Shown: positions 9,455 through 16,808 of the stretch, one piece after another
Layout: each line of letters starts with the position of its first letter
Numbering within the stretch: position 1 is the first letter of the stretch
Assembly: GCA_963843375.1 (NCBI GenBank)
Contig: CAWJKT010000017.1
Location: 1 to 23,717 of the forward strand
Reading direction: 5' to 3'
Length of the DNA stretch: 23,717 nt
From: an uncultured Pseudomonadota bacterium
GTDB lineage: Bacteria > Oederibacteriota > Muellerivitia > Muellerivitales > Muellerivitaceae
Position numbers and translations under genes: made by a program
The notes under the pieces: model-generated
The model's database searches: none
What the model saw: the letters and a program-made list of their open reading frames with translations, nothing else
What the model was told of the DNA's origin: nothing

Positions 9455-10242
9455 AAATGAATATATTGCGTTTACAACGAAATGGCTTCAGCCAATAAAT
9501 TCATTACCTAAGTCAATGTTATGAAAAGGAGGTAAAAACCTCTTACAATCCAAAAGAAAATGAAGAATTGGTGCATAGATAAGGCGAAAAGTATGAAAAA
9601 TACTAAGTTGTGGATTCTGCTTGCACCTGTTTTTTTAATTCCTAATTTTTTATTTGATATAGATTGGATGCCTTTTGATGAAGACATAATTTATATCTAT
9701 AAACCAGTCTGGGTGAGTTAGGGTGTTTAAAATAGAACTTTAAAAGTTCTATGTTTCAACCACCATGGACCGCCATTTTGTTCGCCTTTCTAACGTTGTT
9801 TTTCTTTCATGAAAAAATAACCCGCAAGTAGTTCTCAATCCGTCCAATCTAGCCCTGATCTAACTTTTAGAATTGTCTCCATCCAATCTTTAAAATCAAA
9901 TAAAAAAATTTCTGGGAGCAATACTCGAGTCAGCTAACTTTCACAGTTTAGTGTGTTATTGGCGAGCTTGGTGAAAAGCTTGTTGAAGGTGACATTCCCC
10001 CCCAAATCTGTATTCCAAATTTTAGTGCTCGTTCCACAATGACTACTAAAACTCGGGATTCCGGTCCCCCGGGATTAAAAATCGTCCTCTCGCGGGAATA
10101 AACCGCCCATACCAAACACCAATCCCTGAAGGATAACCTCGCTTCCGAATGCCTTGTCCTATTCTGAAAACGATTTATTTGAAATTTAAATCGAAAATAA
10201 ATTTTCGTTGCACCAATTTTGGCGATTTTGAGGAGGCTACTC

Positions 10243-12819
10243 ATGGACTTCAAACGAAAACTGAAAATTTCGTTCATTCTGGTAGCGGCGTTATTCAGCC
10301 CGGCGATACAGGCCCTTGCCGGAACCTGCACGGTGAACGCTAGCCAGACGTACCAATACATCCATTGCATAGGGGCATCCAGCGCCTGGAGCAGTGTCGA
10401 CGGTTTGGGAACCGAGTTTTTCGCTGACGACAACGTGAACGGCCACATCGGGCTTACATCGTTGAGGGCCAGGATTGATCCAACCGACAACTTTTCACCG
10501 GAAGTGAGCACTTTGGTTACGGCCAAGGCCAGCAATCCCAATATCCTCTTTTGGGCAACTGAGTGGTCGCCGCCTGCCCAGTACAAGGCCAACGATAACG
10601 TCGATGGCGGCGCCAGCAACGATACCTTTTTGGGGGCCAGCTCCGGATCTGCCAACAGCGACGATACGGGATTGGCAAGTTACCAAGTCTCGTTTATCCA
10701 ATATTGCAAGAACCAGGGCATCGACCTTTACGCCCTTTCGGTTCAGAACGAACCGAATTTTAATCCGACCTATGAAGCCTGCCTGTGGTCGGCGGGCCAG
10801 TTTGACGTCTACGTAAAAGCCTTTTATAGTGCCCTCCAGAGTGCCGGTCTTTCCACTAAAATCATGATCCCCGAGCCGGACAACCCAGGTGGCATGAACC
10901 TGGCCTCCACGGCTATGGCTGACTCGGCCGCGGCTCCTGAAATCGGCATCATTGCCTCCCACGCGTACGGTGAAAATCTCGCGCCTATTTCTTCTTACGG
11001 TTTTAGCAACATCACGAATCAGGAATGGTGGGAGACAGAGGTTTCCGGGAATACGACGGATGTGCCGGGTGCCTTGCAGGAAGCGGGCTGGATTCACACC
11101 AGCTTGGTTGACGCCAGCACGAACGCCTTTCACTATTGGTGGCTCCAAGACCTTATCAGCGGCAGCAGCCTCGACATCAAGGCTTTCGCCTTGGGCAATT
11201 ACAGTAAATTCATCCGGCCCGGTTATTACCGCATGGGTGCGACCGAGGTCCCTTCGTCTGGGGTGTCGGTGAGTGCCTTCAAAAATACTAATACTTCATC
11301 CCCCACCACCATCGTGTTCGTGGCCATCAACAGCAACGGCTCATCGGTCAACCAGACTTTCACGGTCAGCGGAGTCAATGTGACTTCGGTGACTCCTTGG
11401 GTGACCAATGGAAGTACCAACCTCGTGGCGCAGCCTGCCGTGGCCGTTTCAGGGGGGAGTTTTACCTATTCCCTGACTGCCAGCAGTATTACATCCTTCG
11501 TGGGCGTGGTCAGTGGAACTGTTGCCAGCACCTCCACTTTCACCCCGGTGCCTGCGACGGCTACCCACACCAACACTCCCGTGCCGCCGACAGCGACCAA
11601 TACCTTCACGGCGACCCACACTAGCACGCTAGTTCCGCCCACAGCCACCCCCACGAATACGCCGGTGCCTCCGACGGCCACGAATACCAATAGCCCGGTT
11701 CCTCCGACGGTAACGAAAACGCCATTGCCGCCCACGGTGACCAACACTCCGGCGCCCCCGACGGTAACCAATACCCCTGCTCCGCCCACGGCGACTGCGA
11801 CAATCACGAATACGGCATTGCCCCCTACGTGGACGAATACACCGGTTCCGCCGACCGCTACGGGGACCTATACACCTGTTCCTCCTACCGCTACGCATAC
11901 GCTGGTGCCGCCGACGGCAACCTTCACTCTTACGCCGCTTCCGCCAACGGATACACCTACAGCGGTTATCTCCAGCGGTGCCTTTACGGTGCAGTTGTTG
12001 AGTGGCGTGACCAACGACACCACCAACAGTCCCCATCCCTTCATCCAAGTGGTGAACACGGGTAATGGGCCCTTGAACCTGAATAATGTGACGATAAGGT
12101 ATTGGTTCAACTGCGATTGCACAACCCAATCCCTTCAGGCATGGGTAGACTGGGCGGGATTGATCCCGGCTGGGACCAGCGAGACCAGCAACGTGCAAGT
12201 CTCAATCCAACCCACCAGTTTGGGAGGACAGACGGATTACGTCCTCTATAGCTTCACGGGGAACCTGGTGTTGCAGCCAGGGCAAACCATCCAAATCCAA
12301 AGCCGATTCAACAAGAGCGACTGGAGCAACATGAACCAGGCCAACGATTGGAGCTTCGCACCCTTCACGAGTTATACCAACGCGCCGCAGGTGACGGGAT
12401 ACCTAAGTGGAGCCCTGGTCTGGGGCGAACAGCCTGCGGGTGCCTCGGCGGCGGCTTTGTCGGTGGCCCACGTCATCTCCTTCCCGAATCCCTCCACGGG
12501 GAACGGCACGACCCTTTCCTTCACTTTGGGAGGTACTCTTTCAGGAGTGAATGCGGCGGACTTGAGTGAAAGCAACCCCTCATTGGTGGACCCCAACGCC
12601 AAGATCACTTTGAGCATCTATAGCCTGGGGTTCCGGCTGATCTGGACCCAAACCTTAACGGGTGGGGGTTATGGAACGACCGGACCCCATGATGTTTATT
12701 GGAACGAGCGTGACTTGGGCGGGGCAAAATTGGCGAACGGCGTTTATTTCCTGCGAGTGACCGTTGAGTCGAACGGTCAGACCACTTCTTCCATCGCTAA
12801 GATCCTCATCCTCGGATGA
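10243..12819 (+). CDS. Secreted modular GH30 xylanase: signal peptide - GH30 - Thr/Pro linker - CBM3 - CTD
   Basis: GAGGAGG RBS before ATG 10243. GH30 motifs WSPPA.YK, SVQNEP (acid/base), WWETE (nucleophile) and LGNYSKFIRPGYYR. CBM3 segment 'VVNTG..PLNL.NVTIRYWF...RFNKSDWSNMNQANDWSF...VTGYL.GALVWGEQP'. Tail FPNP...LANGVYFLRV...KILIL. Confidence 0.88.
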   Translation: MDFKRKLKISFILVAALFSPAIQALAGTCTVNASQTYQYIHCIGASSAWSSVDGLGTEFFADDNVNGHIGLTSLRARIDPTDNFSPEVSTLVTAKASNPNILFWATEWSPPAQYKANDNVDGGASNDTFLGASSGSANSDDTGLASYQVSFIQYCKNQGIDLYALSVQNEPNFNPTYEACLWSAGQFDVYVKAFYSALQSAGLSTKIMIPEPDNPGGMNLASTAMADSAAAPEIGIIASHAYGENLAPISSYGFSNITNQEWWETEVSGNTTDVPGALQEAGWIHTSLVDASTNAFHYWWLQDLISGSSLDIKAFALGNYSKFIRPGYYRMGATEVPSSGVSVSAFKNTNTSSPTTIVFVAINSNGSSVNQTFTVSGVNVTSVTPWVTNGSTNLVAQPAVAVSGGSFTYSLTASSITSFVGVVSGTVASTSTFTPVPATATHTNTPVPPTATNTFTATHTSTLVPPTATPTNTPVPPTATNTNSPVPPTVTKTPLPPTVTNTPAPPTVTNTPAPPTATATITNTALPPTWTNTPVPPTATGTYTPVPPTATHTLVPPTATFTLTPLPPTDTPTAVISSGAFTVQLLSGVTNDTTNSPHPFIQVVNTGNGPLNLNNVTIRYWFNCDCTTQSLQAWVDWAGLIPAGTSETSNVQVSIQPTSLGGQTDYVLYSFTGNLVLQPGQTIQIQSRFNKSDWSNMNQANDWSFAPFTSYTNAPQVTGYLSGALVWGEQPAGASAAALSVAHVISFPNPSTGNGTTLSFTLGGTLSGVNAADLSESNPSLVDPNAKITLSIYSLGFRLIWTQTLTGGGYGTTGPHDVYWNERDLGGAKLANGVYFLRVTVESNGQTTSSIAKILILG
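11521..11965 (+). repeat. Thr/Pro-rich low-complexity linker repeats (coding)
   Basis: Degenerate TNTPVPPTA-like peptide units repeated in tandem. Confidence 0.9.
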
Positions 12820-12875
12820 GGATATGGCGGGGAAGCGAAGGCCAAAAGGGCTGAGTTTGAAATAGCAGAAGAATG

Positions 12876-12953
12876 GGTAGGCTGCCGCAGTTAATGGAAG
12901 GGGAAAACAACGGGCGTTGTTTGGGCCCCCTTCCAACTGCGGCTTACTTTTTT
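12876..12953 (+). terminator. Long stem-loop with U-tract after the GH30 gene
   Basis: Nested pairs GCCGCAGTT/AACTGCGGC, GGAAGGGG/CCCCTTCC and AAACAAC/GTTGTTT, followed by TTACTTTTTT. Confidence 0.65.
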
Positions 12954-13029
12954 AGCCCTATCGGGAGTAATGCAGTGTTGTTTCAAGCCGAACTCGGGCC
13001 TAGTTTTTTTCTCGTCAAAGAGTTTTTGA

Positions 13030-13158
13030 AAAACCTTAAAAGCGGTGACGGTGCAATTGACCGACAAATGGGGAAAACCCCTGGCCAACGGACTCTACTA
13101 TCTGGTAGTAAAGACAAATGGCGGCCAGTCCGTTGGAAAATTGCTGCTTATCAAGTAA
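13030..13158 (+). pseudogene. Orphan C-terminal half of a CTD (T9SS/FlgD-Ig-like) domain
   Basis: Hand translation KTLKAVTVQLTDKWGKPLANGLYYLVVKTNGGQSVGKLLLIK* parallels the neighbours' tails (DLGGAKLANGVYFLRVTVESNGQTTSSIAKILILG). An in-frame TGA lies at 13027-13029. Confidence 0.75.
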
Positions 13159-13576
13159 TACCGGTGGGCATCTTACCACTTCAAGGGCTCCGGTAAAGTA
13201 TTGGCCACCAGCGCAGATTTCCATCGCCGGTGCTGAATCCTAAGCCGAGTCGCAAGTCTATTCAGCCCTCATTTTTTCCAACTAAATGACGAAATCTCCA
13301 TCGTTTTTTTAATTCATGGGAATAAAGACTCCGCACAAAACACATATCCATTAGACGAGGGCCATCCGCTTTCAAGCGGAACCGGTTTGGTTGGGGCTTT
13401 GATTTGTTATCTATCAGGAAAGAATCCCGAAGTTTTTTCTTTCGAAGTTGATCTTTTCTTAAATCGTTTTGGGCGGGCCGGATTCAGGTGACCTTGGATC
13501 TGGATTATTTATTTCAGTTCGTGGCCCTTGGGAAATAGGTAAGGGTGATTTAAAAGCGAACTTAAGGGAGATTGAA

Positions 13577-16500
13577 TTGAAATTTCTAAAAGCGGCTCTT
13601 ACTAGCTTAAGTATTCTTTTGCTGGGAGCGAGCGTTTCCGTCCTTTACGCCCAGACCATTCCCACATCCTTTTCATGGACATCGACCGGCCCACTCATCA
13701 GCGCCAAAAGCGACTCCACCCACAATATGATCGCAGTCAAGGATCCCTCGACCGTCTACTACAATAACCAATATATTGTTTACGCCTCCTCGGTCAACTC
13801 CGCTGGTGACTATGGCATGGAATACCTCAACTTCACCAATTGGAATGATGCCAGCGCCGCCACGCCCTATTTTATGGATAGCAACCCCAATATCGGGAGT
13901 GGTTATCACACCGCGCCCCAGGTGTTCTATTTCGCCCCGCAGAACAAGTGGTACCTAATCTTCCAGAGCGGCCAGCCCCAGTACTCCACCAACAGTGACC
14001 CCACCCAGCCCCAGAATTGGAGCACTCCGACCAATTTCTTCGCGTCTCAGCCCTCAAGCGTGAGCAATTGGATTGATTTCTGGATTATCAGCGATTCCTC
14101 TAATGTCTATCTCTTTTTCTGCGGTGACAATGGAAACTTCTATCGCAGTTCGACCTCCCTGGCGAATTTCCCGAACGGTTTCAATACTCCCGTCATCGTC
14201 TACACGGATTCCGAATTCAATCTCTTCGAGGCCGACAATGTCTACACCGTCGAGCAAACCGGTACGTACCTGGCCAACGTCGAGTGCATCGGCAGTGACG
14301 GGCATCGTTTCTTTCGCGCCTTGACCGCCCCCACCCTCGGCGGTACCTGGACCTCCCTTGGCGATACGGCTAACCTCGATACTCCATTTTTGGGAGCGCA
14401 CAACGTCACCTTTAATGCCGGTGTTACAACCTGGACGCTCGATTTCAGCAGTGGCGGGGCGGTTATCGACGGTTATGACTCAACCGATTCCATCAACCTC
14501 AACAACCTGACGTTTCTCTACCAGGGCGATAATCCCAATAATGGCGCCAGCTCTTACAATCTGATCCCCTGGCAACTTGGTCTGGCGAGTTCCAAGGCCA
14601 ACATCACCACTACTCCAACCAATACACCAGCGGCAGTGCTTCCAACCGCAACCTTGACGAGGACGCCTACGCCGGTCACCGCCTCCACCTGGCGGGTGAA
14701 CGCCGGTGGACCGTCCTATACCTCCTCCTCAACTGGTTTCGCCTGGTCCGCGGATGAGAATTTCAACGGCGGATCCACCATTGCCGAGGGAACCACCATT
14801 GCCGGCACCAACGATTCCACGCTTTATGACACCCAGCGCTATGGGGCCAGCTTCAGCTATTCCTTCAACGTGCCCGCTGGAAGCTACCAGGTCAGTCTGC
14901 TTTTCGCCGAGACCTACTCGGGCGATTTTGCCAAGGGAGACCGGGTTTTTAACGTGGCAATCGACGGGACCACGGTGTTGTCCAACTTTGATGTTTACGG
15001 CCAGGTGGGCGCAAACACTGCGGATGTGCAGGTGTTCAACAATATTGCACCCACGAGCGGTGTCATTACCATCACCTTTACGGGTACTTCCAGCACGGAT
15101 ACCAATGCTATGGTGGAAGCCCTTCAAGTCGTTCCTATGCCGACCTCAACGCCTACGGCTACAATGACCCCGACCAATACCGCCGTTCCCCCGACTTCAA
15201 CAGCCACTTTAACGGCCTCGGCAACAGCTTCCTCGACCTCTACCAAAACGTCTACGAGTACCGCTACGAACAGCGCCACGAGTACGGCGACCTTGACCTG
15301 GACGAATACGCCCGTTCCACCCACCGCCACTTTCACCAATAGTCCCGTGCCTCCGACGGCTACTCGTACTAATACGGCCATTCCGCCTACGGCAACGAAT
15401 ACGAATGTGCCTCCCACGGTAACTTTCACGACTACGCCCATGCCGCCGACAGCCACCTTTACTTTGACACCAGTGCCTCCGACGCCGACGGATACGAACA
15501 GCCCTGTGCCTCCCACGGCGACCAAAACCAATAGCCCGGTTCCTCCGACGGTGACGAATACGTCATTGCCGGCAACTGCGACCAATACGTTAACGCCTAC
15601 GCTCACTCCGGCACCTCCGACGGCAACGAATACCTTCGCTCCGCCCACTGCGACCGGCACCTTTACGCTGACCAATACGTCGACTTTGGTTCCGCCAACT
15701 GCCACGCATACGCCATTGCCTCCGACGGAAACCTTCACCCTCACGCCGCTTCCGCCAACGGATACGCCGACGGTGGTGGTCTCCATTGCCAGTTTCGAGG
15801 TTCAGTTGCTGAGCGGAGTTACCACCGATATGACTAATAGCCCTCATCCCTTTATCCAAGTGGTGAATACGGGAACGGGGCCCTTGGACTTGAACAACGT
15901 GGAAGTGCGCTACTGGTTCAACTGTGATTGCACCACTCAAACGATTCAAACTTGGGTGGATTGGGCGGGACTTTTGCCCGCCGGTACTTCGGTAACCGGG
16001 AATGTGGTCTCGACGGTTCAACCGACCACTCTGGGAGGGCAGACCGATTACGTGAGCTACAAGTTCACCGGAAATCTGGTGCTCCAACCTGGACAAATGA
16101 TCCAAATCCAAAGCCGGTTCAACAAGAGCGACTGGAGCAACATGAATCAGGCCAACGATTGGAGCTTCACCCCCTATACGAATTACACCAATGCGCCACA
16201 GGTTACGGGATACCTGGATGGAGCGCTGGTCTGGGGCGAACAGCCGGCAGGAGCCTCGGTGTCCGCCTTGAAGGTGGCTAACGTCATCTCCTTTCCGAAT
16301 CCCTCCACAGGGAACGGGACGACCCTTTCCTTCACCTTAGGCGGTTCTCGTTCAGGAGTGGATGCGGCGGACTTGAGCGAAAGCAACCCGTCGTTGGTGG
16401 ACCCCAACGCCAAGATCACCTTGAGTATCTATAGTCTGGGTTACCGATTGATCTGGACCGAGACCTTGACGGGTGGGGGATATGGGACGACCGGAACTCA

Positions 16501-16630
16501 TGATGTTTACTGGAACGAGCGCGACTTGGGTGGGTCAAAATTGGCCAACGGAATTTATTTCTTGCAGGTAACCGTCGAGTCGAACGGCCAAAAAAGCTCG
16601 GCCTTTGCGAAGATTTTGATTTTGAAATAG
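13577..16630 (+). CDS. Secreted modular GH62 alpha-L-arabinofuranosidase: signal peptide - GH62 - malectin - Thr/Pro linker - CBM3 - CTD
   Basis: GGGAG RBS 6 nt before TTG 13577 gives MKFLKAALTSLSILLLGASVSVLYA|Q. GH62 motifs FSWTSTGPLI..VKDPS, APQVFYFAPQNKWYL, WIDFWII, LFEADNVY and FLYQG. Malectin segment WRVNAGG..WSAD..LYDTQRYG..LLFAETY..RVFNV. CBM3 and CTD match the upstream gene. Confidence 0.9.
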   Translation: MKFLKAALTSLSILLLGASVSVLYAQTIPTSFSWTSTGPLISAKSDSTHNMIAVKDPSTVYYNNQYIVYASSVNSAGDYGMEYLNFTNWNDASAATPYFMDSNPNIGSGYHTAPQVFYFAPQNKWYLIFQSGQPQYSTNSDPTQPQNWSTPTNFFASQPSSVSNWIDFWIISDSSNVYLFFCGDNGNFYRSSTSLANFPNGFNTPVIVYTDSEFNLFEADNVYTVEQTGTYLANVECIGSDGHRFFRALTAPTLGGTWTSLGDTANLDTPFLGAHNVTFNAGVTTWTLDFSSGGAVIDGYDSTDSINLNNLTFLYQGDNPNNGASSYNLIPWQLGLASSKANITTTPTNTPAAVLPTATLTRTPTPVTASTWRVNAGGPSYTSSSTGFAWSADENFNGGSTIAEGTTIAGTNDSTLYDTQRYGASFSYSFNVPAGSYQVSLLFAETYSGDFAKGDRVFNVAIDGTTVLSNFDVYGQVGANTADVQVFNNIAPTSGVITITFTGTSSTDTNAMVEALQVVPMPTSTPTATMTPTNTAVPPTSTATLTASATASSTSTKTSTSTATNSATSTATLTWTNTPVPPTATFTNSPVPPTATRTNTAIPPTATNTNVPPTVTFTTTPMPPTATFTLTPVPPTPTDTNSPVPPTATKTNSPVPPTVTNTSLPATATNTLTPTLTPAPPTATNTFAPPTATGTFTLTNTSTLVPPTATHTPLPPTETFTLTPLPPTDTPTVVVSIASFEVQLLSGVTTDMTNSPHPFIQVVNTGTGPLDLNNVEVRYWFNCDCTTQTIQTWVDWAGLLPAGTSVTGNVVSTVQPTTLGGQTDYVSYKFTGNLVLQPGQMIQIQSRFNKSDWSNMNQANDWSFTPYTNYTNAPQVTGYLDGALVWGEQPAGASVSALKVANVISFPNPSTGNGTTLSFTLGGSRSGVDAADLSESNPSLVDPNAKITLSIYSLGYRLIWTETLTGGGYGTTGTHDVYWNERDLGGSKLANGIYFLQVTVESNGQKSSAFAKILILK
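15137..15775 (+). repeat. Thr/Pro/Ser-rich linker repeats (coding)
   Basis: About 210 aa of TNTxVPPTA-like degenerate repeats plus a T/S/A tract. Confidence 0.9.
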
Positions 16631-16690
16631 AAGTAGAAAAGAGAGAACGCCTAGGAGTGCCGTGATGGGGTTAATCTAGTCTTCTTAATA

Positions 16691-16757
16691 GGTAGGCCTT
16701 AAAATCTTGCATCTATTCCCAGCCCGGGATTAGATCCATTGTTTTAAGGCCTTACTT
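16691..16757. other. Long intergenic stem-loop between convergent genes
   Basis: Perfect 11-bp pair AGGCCTTAAAA (16694-16704) / TTTTAAGGCCT (16742-16752) enclosing ATCTA/TAGAT and TCCC/GGGA. Confidence 0.65.
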
Positions 16758-16808
16758 CGTTTGTCCTAGTAAAGAGGGTCCTGATTTCAAAAGGGTTAGA
16801 CGGAAGAA

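Noticed and set aside
9840..9889. Direct repeat CC(G/A)TCCAATCT, two copies
   Set aside because: Only two short copies; not distinguishable from chance.
9948..10655. 235-aa minus-strand ORF (also 5238-5981 and 2116-2865)
   Set aside because: Each overlaps a well-supported plus-strand gene and has no motifs of its own; treated as shadow ORFs.
11466..11807. Minus-strand ORFs rich in V/G/A (also 15124-15786, 11629-12198, 15590-16111)
   Set aside because: Antisense shadows of the Thr/Pro linker codons of the CAZyme genes.
11521..11965. Periodic repeats considered as a CRISPR array
   Set aside because: Degenerate, in-frame coding repeats with synonymous variation; no constant repeat with unique spacers and no cas genes.
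12820..12900. c-di-GMP-I riboswitch-like look of the post-GH30 region
   Set aside because: The GGCAAAC...GAAA...GACGCAAAGC core is absent, and the region lies at the 3' end of a gene.
12873..13196. 107-aa ORF in the track between the CAZyme genes
   Set aside because: It runs through a terminator-like hairpin and has no recognisable features; the meaningful CTD relic is in a different frame.
10243..16630. Cellulosome components or a Bacteroidota-type PUL
   Set aside because: No dockerin or cohesin motifs and no SusC/SusD pair are visible in the window.
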